A stretch of 64,000 nucleotides of DNA from an uncultured bacterium (GTDB lineage: Bacteria; Omnitrophota; Omnitrophia; Omnitrophales; Aquincolibacteriaceae): assembly GCA_964410905.1 (NCBI GenBank), contig CAYPIR010000005.1, forward strand, positions 33,938 through 97,937. Reading direction: 5' to 3'. Below, in pieces: positions 39,160 to 49,712 of the stretch (position 1 is the first letter of the stretch; each line of letters opens with the position of its first letter). The position numbers and the translations under genes were made by a program. Under the pieces are notes generated by a model, which was given only the letters and a program-made list of their open reading frames with translations, had not been told where the DNA came from and did not search any database.

Positions 39160-39887
39160 TAGTTGGTGTCCCTAAAGTTTTTTATTGGATAATAATTTGC
39201 CATTTCGTTTCCGACAAACTGGCAGGCATCTTTTCCTGAGAGTTTCCAGTGAGTTGGGCACATAGAAAGCACTTCGATAAACGAAAACCCACGGCCGTTT
39301 ATTTGATTTTGAAAGCCTTTGTGTATTGCTTGCTTCGCCCGTTGAACTTGTATGGCATCACAAACTGCCACCCGCTCAATAAAAACAGGGCGCGCGAGCG
39401 TGTCAAAAATTTCGCAAATGCGGAGCGGCGCTCCGGTAGACGCGGCAATTCTGCCGTCCGGCGTTGTGATTGTTTTTTGTCCAATAAGAGTTGTCGGCGC
39501 CATTTGCCCGCCTGTCATTCCGTAAACCGCGTTGTTAATAAAAATCAGAGTTATATTTTCTCCGCGGTTAGCGCAATGAATTGTTTCGGCTAAACCAATT
39601 GAAAGCAAATCTCCGTCTCCGCCATATCCAAAAACAATATTGTCAGGACGGGAACGTTTAATACCTGTCGCGACCGCGGGAATTCGTCCGTGCGGACATT
39701 CAATAATGTCGCAGTTAAAATAATCATAAAGCAAAACAGCGCAGCCGACAGGCGCCGTGCCGATAATTTTTTCTCTTATACCAAGTTCATCAATTACATC
39801 CCCTATAATGCGCTGAACGATTCCATGCCCGCACGCGGGACAGTAATGCATTTTTACAGGACGAATTGTTCTAGTTTCAACGCTCAT
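39159..39887 (-). CDS. 2-oxoacid:ferredoxin oxidoreductase, beta (TPP-binding) subunit
   Basis: Motifs YCPACGHG and TPP-binding GDG. Confidence 0.85.
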   Translation of the reverse strand: MSVETRTIRPVKMHYCPACGHGIVQRIIGDVIDELGIREKIIGTAPVGCAVLLYDYFNCDIIECPHGRIPAVATGIKRSRPDNIVFGYGGDGDLLSIGLAETIHCANRGENITLIFINNAVYGMTGGQMAPTTLIGQKTITTPDGRIAASTGAPLRICEIFDTLARPVFIERVAVCDAIQVQRAKQAIHKGFQNQINGRGFSFIEVLSMCPTHWKLSGKDACQFVGNEMANYYPIKNFRDTN

Positions 39888-40963
39888 TATTTTGCGATTT
39901 CTCTAATTTTACTTAAGACTTCTTCGGGACGGGGATACCACCCTCCGCCGCGTCCTAAGAATTCTATTTTTGGGTCAACATTAGTGGTAGGAAGACGAGA
40001 AAGACGAACATCTTCTATCATCTGCCCTTCGCTCATTTCAATTATCAAAAGTTTTTTGCAATGCGAAGCAATTTTTCTAAGTTCTTCGGACGGGAACGGC
40101 CAAAGCGTTATGGGACGGAACAAACCCACTTTTATTCCCTTTTCGCGCGCCTGTTTAATTGCCCAATAAGAAATTCTCGCAGGCGTTCCATAAGCGATCA
40201 CGCAAATTTCCGCATCATCAACGTAGCGAGTTTCATAAAGGCTTAATTCTTTTGTGATCTTAGCGTATTTTTCTTGAAGCTCCCGATTCTTCTGCTCCAG
40301 CGCGTCTTTTTCTTGAAGATAAAGTGTTCTTATTACGTTAGGCTCTCGGTCTTTGCAGCCTGTTAATGCCCAAGACTTTTTTATATAAATATTTTCCTTC
40401 ACGGGTTTAAGTTCTATTGCCTCCGCCATTTGTCCCAAAATCCCATCGGCCAAAATCATAGTCGGATTTTTATATTTGTCGGCGAGATCAAACGCCTTAA
40501 TGGTCAAGTCATACATTTCTTGAACCGACCAGGGAGCTAAAACAATTAGCCGATAATCGCCATGACCTCCGCCGCGTGTCGCTTGAAAATAATCTGCTTG
40601 CGAACCTTGAATATTTCCAAGACCTGGACCTCCGCGCATAATGTTTGCGATAACACAAGGGACTTGAGCGGCGGCAATATAAGACAACGCCTCTTGCATC
40701 AAGCTAATACCGGGACTCGAAGAAGAAGTCATTGCCCGAACACCTGTTGCTGCCGCACCAAAAACCATATTTACCGCGGCAAGCTCAGACTCCGCCTGAA
40801 CAAAAACACCGCCAGCCTGAGGAAGTTTGGTCGCAAGGTATTCGCTAACTTCGTTTTGCGGCGTAATAGGATACCCCGAATAAAAACGGCAACCAGCGCG
40901 CACTGCCGCTTCCGACATCGCCACGTTGCCCATTAATAATGATTTTTCGATTTGGGAAGACAT
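39887..40963 (-). CDS. 2-oxoacid:ferredoxin oxidoreductase, alpha subunit
   Basis: 358 aa. Begins MGNVAMSEAAVRAGCRFYSGYPITP. Confidence 0.85.
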   Translation of the reverse strand: MSSQIEKSLLMGNVAMSEAAVRAGCRFYSGYPITPQNEVSEYLATKLPQAGGVFVQAESELAAVNMVFGAAATGVRAMTSSSSPGISLMQEALSYIAAAQVPCVIANIMRGGPGLGNIQGSQADYFQATRGGGHGDYRLIVLAPWSVQEMYDLTIKAFDLADKYKNPTMILADGILGQMAEAIELKPVKENIYIKKSWALTGCKDREPNVIRTLYLQEKDALEQKNRELQEKYAKITKELSLYETRYVDDAEICVIAYGTPARISYWAIKQAREKGIKVGLFRPITLWPFPSEELRKIASHCKKLLIIEMSEGQMIEDVRLSRLPTTNVDPKIEFLGRGGGWYPRPEEVLSKIREIAK

Positions 40964-41011
40964 ATATAAGAAGGACTTTCTTTTGAAAAATTTTTGTTAT
41001 TCTATCACAAA

Positions 41012-41956
41012 CTAAGAAATTTGGAGTTCTTGTTTAAAATATTCAATCGTATAAATAAGCCCCGCGTCCAAATCTATTTTAGGAGCCCAGCTCAAAAACT
41101 TTTTTGCCTTGTCAATGTTGGGCTGACGAATTTTAGGATCATCAATAGGCAACGGTTTATAAACAATTTTACTTTTGCTTCGCGTTAGCAAAATAATTTT
41201 TTTTGCCAGCGCATTCATTGACAACTCATGAGGATTGCCTATGTTTACCGGCTCATTTATCTTAGACAAAAGCAACTCCTCAATCCCATCAATTAAATCT
41301 CTAACATAGCAAAGACTGCGCGTCTGCGTTCCCTTTCCAAAAACAGTTATGGGTTTTCCTGTTAATGCTTGCGATAAAAACGTGGGAATGGCGCGTCCAT
41401 CACGGAGACGCATTCTGGGACCAAACGTGTTAAAAATGCGAACGATTTTCGTGTTCACTTTGTGCGAGCGGTAATATGCCATAGTCAAAGCTTCAGCAAA
41501 ACGTTTCGCCTCGTCATAAACGCCGCGCAAACCAATCGGATTAACATTCCCCCAATAATCCTCCCGCTGCGGATGCACTAAAGGATCTCCATAAACTTCA
41601 GAAGTTGAAGCTAAAAGAAATGTCGCTTTTTTATCTTTCGCAAGTCCTAACGCGTTATGAGTTCCGTGAGCTCCGACTTTCAAGGTTTGTATTGGATATT
41701 CCAAATAATCCAGCGGACTTGCCGGCGAAGCAAAATGCAAAACATAATCAACCCTGCCGGGTATGCGTATAGGTTTACTAATGTCATGACGGATTAAGGA
41801 GAAATCTTGGTTGGTTTTTAAATGCGCAATATTTTTGAGATTGCCAGTCAGGAAGTTATCAACAACAATAACTTTGTTTCCACGAAAGATGGCGCGATCG
41901 CAAAGATGCGAACCCAAAAATCCTCCCCCGCCAGTTATAACGCATACTTTTTTCAT
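41012..41956 (-). CDS. UDP-glucuronate decarboxylase (UXS/ArnA-C-terminal-like SDR)
   Basis: Motifs [16 protein letters not shown]...STSEVYG...YDEAKR. Confidence 0.85.
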   Translation of the reverse strand: MKKVCVITGGGGFLGSHLCDRAIFRGNKVIVVDNFLTGNLKNIAHLKTNQDFSLIRHDISKPIRIPGRVDYVLHFASPASPLDYLEYPIQTLKVGAHGTHNALGLAKDKKATFLLASTSEVYGDPLVHPQREDYWGNVNPIGLRGVYDEAKRFAEALTMAYYRSHKVNTKIVRIFNTFGPRMRLRDGRAIPTFLSQALTGKPITVFGKGTQTRSLCYVRDLIDGIEELLLSKINEPVNIGNPHELSMNALAKKIILLTRSKSKIVYKPLPIDDPKIRQPNIDKAKKFLSWAPKIDLDAGLIYTIEYFKQELQIS

Positions 41957-42930
41957 GATGGGGTATTGTCTTTTTGAGCAATTGTTTCTTCAGCCTTTTT
42001 CGCCTGTTCTATGTTGAACGCGTTTAATTTTTGAAGAAACTCGGTTGTCGCGGTCTGCCACGAACGCATTTGAATGCCAAAATTTTTCTGCATTTTTTCA
42101 TAAGACATTGTTGAGTTTTGAGGACGCGGCGCGGCGCGACGGCTTTCACTTGTTGATATATCTAAAATTTTAATATCGTCAAAGCCCGTCGTTTTTAAAA
42201 TAAATCTGGCGTAATCAGCCCAATGAACAAATCCATCGTTATGGAGATGAAAAATATCAGGTTTTGCGGAAAGAATTTTTTCTTTATGACTTTGGATTAT
42301 TTCATACATTGCTTGCGCTACATCCCACGACCAAGTCGGACTTCCTGTTTGATCACTGACAACTTTGAGTTCCTTCGCGTCCGGAACTTGTCTCAATATC
42401 GCTTTGGGAAAGTTTTTTCCCCAAATGCCATATAGCCACGTAATGCGAAAAATCATCGCATGCTTTGCGTTTTTCAATATAAATTCTTCAGCTAATTGTT
42501 TTGTCTTGCCATAAAAACTTATCGGCGAAGTCGCGTCTGTTTCAAAATAAGGAGACTTCTTTTTTCCATCAAAAACATAATCCGTGCTAAAAAACACTAT
42601 TGTCGCATCGATTTCATTCGCGGCTCTAACGATATTTTCCGTTGCTGTTACGTTGGCAAGAGTTGCTTCGTCATGATTTTCTTCACAAAAATCAACATCT
42701 GTAAGCGCGGCGGCATGAAAAATCACTTTGGGCTCACGGCTTAAAACGGCATCGCGCGTTTGCCGTTCATGCGTTAAATCGCAAATGTCATAAGGGACTG
42801 TCAGATGCGGCGCGGGTTTTCTATCTAGTCCGGACACGTCGCAAATATCAGCCAGCGCAATGGACAAATCCGTTCCAAGCATTCCGCCAGCGCCTGTAAT
42901 CAAAACTTTAAGTTTAGTTTCTTGAGTCAT
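41953..42930 (-). CDS. rfbD: dTDP-4-dehydrorhamnose reductase
   Basis: Motifs [11 protein letters not shown] and STDYVFDG. Confidence 0.8.
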   Translation of the reverse strand: MTQETKLKVLITGAGGMLGTDLSIALADICDVSGLDRKPAPHLTVPYDICDLTHERQTRDAVLSREPKVIFHAAALTDVDFCEENHDEATLANVTATENIVRAANEIDATIVFFSTDYVFDGKKKSPYFETDATSPISFYGKTKQLAEEFILKNAKHAMIFRITWLYGIWGKNFPKAILRQVPDAKELKVVSDQTGSPTWSWDVAQAMYEIIQSHKEKILSAKPDIFHLHNDGFVHWADYARFILKTTGFDDIKILDISTSESRRAAPRPQNSTMSYEKMQKNFGIQMRSWQTATTEFLQKLNAFNIEQAKKAEETIAQKDNTPS

Positions 42931-43908
42931 TTATTTCACTGTCCATTTATCGTGTTTCAGCGGCTCCCACCAAGCGCGATTTTCTTGATACCATTTTGTC
43001 GTAGCCGCGAGTCCTCTTTTAAAGTTCCACTTCATTTTAAAGCCAAGTTTTTTCAGCTTATTAATATTTACCGCGTATCGCAAATCATGTCCAAGCCGAT
43101 CCGCTACATAGCGAATCATTTCTTTACCTTTACCAAAATGTTTCAAAATCGCGTTCGTCAGCTCAAGGTTGCTAATTTCCTGATGTGCACCGGCGTTATA
43201 TGTTTCACCAGATTTCCCTTTGGTCAGCACAAGATAGACCGCTTGGCACGCGTCTTCCACATAAATCCAATCGCGGCGGTTTTTACCGTTCCCATAAAGC
43301 GGAACTGTTTTCCCTTCCAACAAATTTGTAATAAAAAGCGGAATGACTTTCTCCGGAAATTGATAAGGACCAAAATTGTTTGTGCAGCGAACTATCATTG
43401 CGGGATGATTGAATGTTTTTTGAAAAGAACGGACAAGCAAATCTCCCGCCGCTTTCGATGCCGAGTAAGGACTATTAGGCAAGAGCTTCCAATCCTCAGC
43501 CGCGTAGCCTTTCGCGATAGAACCATAAACTTCGTCAGTAGACATATGAACATATCGTTTAATCTTAAGCTCACGCGAGGCTTCAAGCATTACGGTAGTG
43601 CCGATGACATTTGTCTTTAAAAAATCGTCAGCGCTTTCAATTGAGCGGTCGACATGTGTTTCCGCCGCAAAATGAACTACGGCATCAACGCCTTTCATAA
43701 CTTTAAGAACAAGTTTTTTATCGCAAATGTCGCCTTTTACGAGTTTGTAGCGAGAGCTGCCTTTAAAATCATCAAGATTTTTTACGTTTCCTGAATAACT
43801 CAATTTATCAAGATTAATAACCGCCCAGCTCGGTGAACGTTTTAAAAAATACCGTATAAAATTTGAGCCGATAAATCCACAACCGCCCGTTACTAAAAGT
43901 TTTTTCAT
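42931..43908 (-). CDS. rfbB: dTDP-glucose 4,6-dehydratase
   Basis: Motifs LLVTGGCGFIGSNF...STDEVYG...YSASKA. Confidence 0.9.
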   Translation of the reverse strand: MKKLLVTGGCGFIGSNFIRYFLKRSPSWAVINLDKLSYSGNVKNLDDFKGSSRYKLVKGDICDKKLVLKVMKGVDAVVHFAAETHVDRSIESADDFLKTNVIGTTVMLEASRELKIKRYVHMSTDEVYGSIAKGYAAEDWKLLPNSPYSASKAAGDLLVRSFQKTFNHPAMIVRCTNNFGPYQFPEKVIPLFITNLLEGKTVPLYGNGKNRRDWIYVEDACQAVYLVLTKGKSGETYNAGAHQEISNLELTNAILKHFGKGKEMIRYVADRLGHDLRYAVNINKLKKLGFKMKWNFKRGLAATTKWYQENRAWWEPLKHDKWTVK

Positions 43909-44636
43909 TTATTAGTTTTTCCTTGCTGTTTAGCAATAAGAGAATTAGCGCGGTATAAAGATTCAAATGAACCCGCGTCAGTCCAAAAGCCATTCAAATA
44001 GTCATATTCAAGGTCACCTTTTGAAAGATACCAATTATTCACATCGGTAATTTCAAGCTCGCCCCGCACCGAAGGTTTTAGTGTTTTGATGAAATTAAAA
44101 ACTTTCGAATCATACATATAAACGCCGATAACGGCAAAATCGCTTGCTGGTTTCTGCGGTTTTTCAGTTATTCGAGCTATCTTTTTATTTTTAAAAGTTA
44201 CCACGCCGAACGCTTGAGGATTGGAAACTTTTTTCAAGAGAAGTCTCGCTCCTTTTTCTTGTTTCTCAAATTTTTTAACATAAGGAGAAATATCTTCTTG
44301 CAAAACATTATCGCCTAATACAACTACTACTTTGTCGTTGCCGATAAAATGTTCAGCAAGCCCAAGCGCTTGAGCAATTCCGCCTTCGCCTTCTTGATAA
44401 GTATAGTTTATATGTTTTAAACCAAATTGTTTTCCATTGCCGAGAAGTTTCAAAAAATCCCCCGATGAATTCCCGCCCGTTACAATCAAAATATCTTTAA
44501 CACTCGCCTTCACAAGTGTTTCTATTGGATAATAAATCATCGGTTTGTTATAGATAGGAAGAAGATGTTTGTTAGTAACTTTTGTAAGAGGAAAAAGTCT
44601 CGAGCCTAAGCCGCCAGCAAGAATAACACCCTTCAT
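43905..44636 (-). CDS. rfbA: Glucose-1-phosphate thymidylyltransferase (short form)
   Basis: MKGVILAGGLGSRLFPLT. The start is at the internal ATG 44636, so it does not overlap ugd. Confidence 0.8.
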   Translation of the reverse strand: MKGVILAGGLGSRLFPLTKVTNKHLLPIYNKPMIYYPIETLVKASVKDILIVTGGNSSGDFLKLLGNGKQFGLKHINYTYQEGEGGIAQALGLAEHFIGNDKVVVVLGDNVLQEDISPYVKKFEKQEKGARLLLKKVSNPQAFGVVTFKNKKIARITEKPQKPASDFAVIGVYMYDSKVFNFIKTLKPSVRGELEITDVNNWYLSKGDLEYDYLNGFWTDAGSFESLYRANSLIAKQQGKTNK

Positions 44637-44649
44637 TTTCAATCCTTTC

Positions 44650-45948
44650 TTAAAGAGTTGGACGGCCCATTGAACGGTATTTAAATCCAAGCAGTTTCAT
44701 TTCTTGAGGAGAAAATAGATTTCGACCATCAAAAAAGAAACGATCTTTCATCATGCGTTTTAAATGATCCCAATCAAGATTCAAGAACTCCCCCCATTCC
44801 GTCAAAACAGCAACAGCGTGAGCCCCGCGCGCGGCATGATATGGCGAAATAACATAATCTACATCGAGAAGAATTTTTGAGGCTTTTTCTATAGCTTCAG
44901 GGTCATAGGCTTGAATACGCGCGCCTTCTTTTTGGAGCGCTCGTATAATCGGAATAGAAGGAGCTGAACGCATATCATCCGTGTCGGATTTAAATGCCAA
45001 TCCCAAAATCGCAATCGTTTTTCCTTTTAAAGTCTTCAAATCCTTACGAATTTTCGACACAAAGTGCATGGCCTGTTCATTGTTAATCCGCAGGACCTCG
45101 CCCAAAAGCTCAAAAGGAACATTAAGTTTTTTAGAAATATGAAAAAACGCGCTGACATCTTTTGGAAAACATGAACCGCCGAAGCCTATACCCGCTCTTA
45201 AAAAAGACTTTCCAATCCTAGTATCCAGCCCCATACCAAGCGCTACATTTTCAACATCGGCACCTGTCTCATCACAAACACGAGACACGGCATTTATGAA
45301 TGAAATTTTTGTCGCGAGAAATGAGTTTGAAGCATGTTTTATAAGTTCCGCACTTTTAATGTCGGTAACAATCAAAGGCGCTTTAATTGTCGAATAAAGT
45401 GTGCGAAAAATTTTTTCAGCACGCGCTGTAGAAACTCCGATAACAATTCTGTCCGGATTTAAAAAATCGCGCACAGCCGTTCCTTCACGAAGAAATTCCG
45501 GATTTGAAGCGACGTCAAATTGGACGCCTTTTTTTGCGTGGCTGATAATGGTTTTTCTAACCCATTCACCTGTCCCCACGGGTATTGTGCTTTTTTCAAC
45601 TATAAGACAATATTTTTTAAGCCGCTCGGCAATTTGCCTGGCAACTTTACCGACAAAACCAAGATCAGCTTCGCCGTTGGCCTTCGCGGGAGTATTGACG
45701 CTTATAAAAAGAACTTCACAGCGATTTACTATGGAAGAAATTTCCGAAGAAAAAGAAAGTCGTTTTTTTTTAATATTGGTTGTTACTATCTCTTGCAATC
45801 CCGGTTCAAAGAACGGAACAATGCCGGCTTTTAAGGATTTGATTTTCGCTTTGTCTTGATCGACGCAAATAACCGTGTGCCCTAAATGAGCAAAACACGC
45901 GCCCGTTACAAGTCCGACATAACCCGAACCAATTACACCAATTTTCAC
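44650..45948 (-). CDS. ugd: UDP-glucose 6-dehydrogenase
   Basis: MKIGVIGSGYVGLVTG. The catalytic Cys is in ...GFGGSCFPKD. Confidence 0.85.
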   Translation of the reverse strand: MKIGVIGSGYVGLVTGACFAHLGHTVICVDQDKAKIKSLKAGIVPFFEPGLQEIVTTNIKKKRLSFSSEISSIVNRCEVLFISVNTPAKANGEADLGFVGKVARQIAERLKKYCLIVEKSTIPVGTGEWVRKTIISHAKKGVQFDVASNPEFLREGTAVRDFLNPDRIVIGVSTARAEKIFRTLYSTIKAPLIVTDIKSAELIKHASNSFLATKISFINAVSRVCDETGADVENVALGMGLDTRIGKSFLRAGIGFGGSCFPKDVSAFFHISKKLNVPFELLGEVLRINNEQAMHFVSKIRKDLKTLKGKTIAILGLAFKSDTDDMRSAPSIPIIRALQKEGARIQAYDPEAIEKASKILLDVDYVISPYHAARGAHAVAVLTEWGEFLNLDWDHLKRMMKDRFFFDGRNLFSPQEMKLLGFKYRSMGRPTL

Positions 45949-45969
45949 AAAAACTCCTATTTGAAATAA

Positions 45970-48342
45970 TTAGTGGTTTGCAAAACGGTCAAATTCAGAC
46001 AATAGCGGATTTCTATCGCGCCAGGCCGCGTATTCGTTTGCTCCCGCGACAGTTTCTCCGATACGCGGTTCTGAAACGCCCGATTTGCCGGCGCTGCCAA
46101 GTTTTATTCCAGGTAGTGCCTTCATCTGAAATTGGACGAAAATTTGATTGTTGTTGCGGTCGATTCGCGAACGGCGGCAGTTGTAACCAAACTCCAGTAT
46201 GAAGTCATGCAAATCACGCGTCGCTGAAATTTCCCACTCCTGAAGCCCGTTTGGAGTGTCGTCTAAAGTCGTTTTTTCATTTGTGATATTATTATCAAAA
46301 CGCACATATCCGCCCAATTCCCATAGTTTGTTTATTTGATAACGCAAATCGATTGTGAATTGATCGCTTGTATCAATCCATTCATCAAAATACCAGTCTT
46401 GATGCTGATGGGCGTAACGATGACCAAGTGTTAATTTAGCCGGCCCTTTTCTGATAATCATATCTGTGTTAGCAAACTTTAAATAATCGCGGCTTGCGTC
46501 ATACTCAACATAATTCCTAAATTGTAGCCACTCGTAAGGACGAAGAGTTATTTCATTTGAAGCCACCGTGAAGGAAGCACTGTTTGCATCAGGGTCTTGA
46601 GGCGAACCTTCAAAATGCAAAAACGTGTTCATACTTACAAAATCTACCCTCTTCATTTTCCCATCAACCACGCGTTTGGTTTGAAGTCTATTCGCCATTC
46701 CTAAAATTACTTCTTGATTACTTCTGAGGCGGTCGACGGAATCATAATGAACAACTTTTGTTCTGCGCATTGATGTTTCCGTTCCCTTTACAGTTATACT
46801 TGGCTCAAAAATATGCCTCAATTGATTAACTTCAATTCCCAATTCATCAAAAGAAACATCAAAAAATTTATAGTAATGATTGCGAATATCAATACCGTAT
46901 TCGAGGGTGTTTCTAAAAATCGAACTTTTTGTTTCAACCTGCCGGCTATACTCAGTAGCGCGATAACCAACAAACGGCATAATGCTCGCATCGTCCCATT
47001 TAAGCGGAACATAGCAACGCGTATACGCATCAGCCCGCAAAAGTTTTTGTTTTTCTGAAGTATACGCGTAACGCTTGACAAGATTGTCCGCTTGAACACG
47101 GCTTTCGTTAAAAATCTTATCTGTAAAAAACGGCTGGTTTTTCCAATCAAGTCTTAATTCGGGAAGCCGTTCCACCATTGCCTCATAGTTATTCATTTTA
47201 GAAGTAGCGTGCAGCATAATTCCGTAGCGTTCCGTATTATGAGTCGCGGTAATAAAAGAATTGGGCTGCATTTGATTGCGGTATTCTTCTTCAAAAAAAT
47301 CTTGTAAAAGATAGCGGTCGGCAGCGCGATGATAGCGCGCTAAAATATGCGTGTTTTCTCCGAAATCCGAACGGTGCCGCCAAGTAATTCTCCCGCGATT
47401 CCTGTCCTCTTCCTCGGAATACGGGTCTGGACGATTCGGAATCGGAGCACGTTTGTCTTGTGTCAGATAAGTTTTGATGCTTCCGCTCGCTATTTTTCCA
47501 TAATCATAGTATTGATTCCACCCGGCACCAAAACCGCGCTTGGAACGCCAGTCAAGCAACGCTCTCCCCCACAAATTTTTATTAAAAACAAATCCTTTTG
47601 AAAGTTCTACATAAGCGCCATATCGTTTAGAATAGCCGGCGGAAATTTGAAACGGCAAGTGTCGCCAGTAAAGAGGAATAGTCATGCGCGGCAGCCAAAA
47701 CACAGGTTTTCCCAAAACATAGATTGTCGCGCTTGAAAGGACTAGTTTTTCATCAGAATAAAGCGTCGCCTTTTTTGAACGGATTTCATAGTGAGGCTTC
47801 GCAAGATTACAAGTGGTAACTGCCCCATTATTTATTTGATATGTTTTTTCCTTTAACTGCAAAACATCTTCACCTCTCGCGAACCAAGGTTCGTTCATCA
47901 ATTTCGCGTTTGGGAAAGAGCCTGTTTTGTTTTCAAAATCGTAATAAATTTCCTCGCCTTTCAAATTCGGCTTCTCATCTTTAAAAATCATTACATGCCC
48001 CTTGGCAAATGCTTTTTTTGTATTTGTTTCAACCTCAGCGTAATCGGAAATTATTTTTATGTTTTGATAAGTTATGACGGCGTTGCCGCGAGCAATTAAC
48101 TTCCCCGTATCTTTTTGAAATTCAAGACTGTCCGCGACAGCTTCCACTTTGGCGAGAGATTCTGCTTCGTTCGCTACCGGAACGCGCATGGCTCGTTTGA
48201 GAGATTCTGACTTTTTGGAGGGCTTGACCGTGGTTGTTTTGCTTTCAACCACGGCTGTTTCCGCAGCAAAAGCATTGACAGATAAAATATATAAAAAAGC
48301 TACAACAAAAAGAGCGCCCCTCGATAGAGACTTTATGTCCAT
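45970..48342 (-). CDS. lptD: LPS-assembly outer-membrane protein LptD (OstA)
   Basis: 790 aa with a signal peptide, an N-terminal OstA jellyroll and a large C-terminal beta-barrel. Confidence 0.8.
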   Translation of the reverse strand: MDIKSLSRGALFVVAFLYILSVNAFAAETAVVESKTTTVKPSKKSESLKRAMRVPVANEAESLAKVEAVADSLEFQKDTGKLIARGNAVITYQNIKIISDYAEVETNTKKAFAKGHVMIFKDEKPNLKGEEIYYDFENKTGSFPNAKLMNEPWFARGEDVLQLKEKTYQINNGAVTTCNLAKPHYEIRSKKATLYSDEKLVLSSATIYVLGKPVFWLPRMTIPLYWRHLPFQISAGYSKRYGAYVELSKGFVFNKNLWGRALLDWRSKRGFGAGWNQYYDYGKIASGSIKTYLTQDKRAPIPNRPDPYSEEEDRNRGRITWRHRSDFGENTHILARYHRAADRYLLQDFFEEEYRNQMQPNSFITATHNTERYGIMLHATSKMNNYEAMVERLPELRLDWKNQPFFTDKIFNESRVQADNLVKRYAYTSEKQKLLRADAYTRCYVPLKWDDASIMPFVGYRATEYSRQVETKSSIFRNTLEYGIDIRNHYYKFFDVSFDELGIEVNQLRHIFEPSITVKGTETSMRRTKVVHYDSVDRLRSNQEVILGMANRLQTKRVVDGKMKRVDFVSMNTFLHFEGSPQDPDANSASFTVASNEITLRPYEWLQFRNYVEYDASRDYLKFANTDMIIRKGPAKLTLGHRYAHQHQDWYFDEWIDTSDQFTIDLRYQINKLWELGGYVRFDNNITNEKTTLDDTPNGLQEWEISATRDLHDFILEFGYNCRRSRIDRNNNQIFVQFQMKALPGIKLGSAGKSGVSEPRIGETVAGANEYAAWRDRNPLLSEFDRFANH

Positions 48343-48347
48343 TTTAC

Positions 48348-49712
48348 TTATTCCTTATAAACGCAAACACGGTTACGGCCTTCTTCTTTTGCTCGATACA
48401 TTGACACATCGGCTTTGCGAATAAGTTCGGCGGTGATTTTTTTAAATTGTTGTTCGGATTCTTGTATCATAAAGTCATCAAAAATCGCAATACCTTGGCT
48501 CACAGTTACTTTTGTTTTTACATTGTAAAAACTAAAACTGTGTCGGGCGATAGTTGAGCGGATACGTTCAGACACCTCTGAAGCATCGTCAATTTTTGTT
48601 TCCGGCATTATCACAACAAACTCTTCTCCGCCATAACGTCCTACTAAATCCATTTTACGGAGGCTTTGTTTGAGAAGATGTGCTACTTCTTTTATGGTCG
48701 CGTCACCGGCAATATGTCCGAAGTCGTCATTATATCTTTTGAAATGGTCGATGTCCAACATTAACACAGCAAGAGGGCGCTTAAAACGCAGACTTCGTCG
48801 AAGCTCTTCTTCAAAACGTTCCAAGAAATGTCTGCGCGTCCAAACTTGTGTAAGTTCATCAATAATAGCAAGTTCACGGACAGTTTCATAAAGACGAATT
48901 TTTTTAATTAAAAGAACTAAATAAGCACACAAAACTTCAACTTGCGCAAAATCTTCTTCCGCGATTCCCCGTATCGAAAAACTTGCCACTATGGATCCGT
49001 TGTCTTTTATGGGGAAACAGTAGGAATCATTTTTTTTAATTTGCGAATTGCTTTCCTTTAGAGAAGAAAACTGTTCGGTTTCCTCCTCAGAGAGAACACG
49101 CGTCTCAATCGAAACTCCATCGTTTTCCATAATATAAAACTTTGCTTGTTTTGCAGACGCGTCAAACTCTGACGGATACAAAATTATTTGCATTTCTTTA
49201 AACTGAAGATTAACTCGAATTTTTTTTAGGAGGAATTCTGAAAGAGTCAAAAAATCCATACATTCGCTAAAATCACGCGCTATCTCAAAAAGATTTACCA
49301 AACTGGAAACTTGTTCTTCGAGGTGACGCAAACTTTGCATTCTTACTTGATATTTAGCCTGAAAATCGTTAAGTTTTTTTTGGACTATTGCTTCTGAGTC
49401 CAAAACACGAAATTGCAATTTTTTCAACTCCCAGTGATACAACAAAAGAGCCGAGGCTATCCCGCTTTGAAGAAAGAAAAGTATCAAAATCCTAATTGCC
49501 GGCTGTTTATAAAAAAAGAATGAGTGCAATCCAACCCAGATTAGTCCGCTCAATGTAAAAAATATCCACGCTCTCTCTTTTAAAAAGTAATAAACCGGGA
49601 AAACGCAAATCGTCGACATTATGTAGTAATAAAGAGAAATTTCTTTTGAAATATAAACGGTAAGTAAAATGGAGGCTAAAAATGCAAAAAACGCTAGGAA
49701 GCGGCGGCGCAT
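48348..49712 (-). CDS. Membrane-anchored diguanylate cyclase (TM, sensory region, GGDEF)
   Basis: GGEEF active site RYGGEEF and DIDHFKRYND. The start is set at ATG 49712 (MRRRF...), preceded by GGGAGG. The track start at 49742 is a TTG. Confidence 0.8.
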   Translation of the reverse strand: MRRRFLAFFAFLASILLTVYISKEISLYYYIMSTICVFPVYYFLKERAWIFFTLSGLIWVGLHSFFFYKQPAIRILILFFLQSGIASALLLYHWELKKLQFRVLDSEAIVQKKLNDFQAKYQVRMQSLRHLEEQVSSLVNLFEIARDFSECMDFLTLSEFLLKKIRVNLQFKEMQIILYPSEFDASAKQAKFYIMENDGVSIETRVLSEEETEQFSSLKESNSQIKKNDSYCFPIKDNGSIVASFSIRGIAEEDFAQVEVLCAYLVLLIKKIRLYETVRELAIIDELTQVWTRRHFLERFEEELRRSLRFKRPLAVLMLDIDHFKRYNDDFGHIAGDATIKEVAHLLKQSLRKMDLVGRYGGEEFVVIMPETKIDDASEVSERIRSTIARHSFSFYNVKTKVTVSQGIAIFDDFMIQESEQQFKKITAELIRKADVSMYRAKEEGRNRVCVYKE

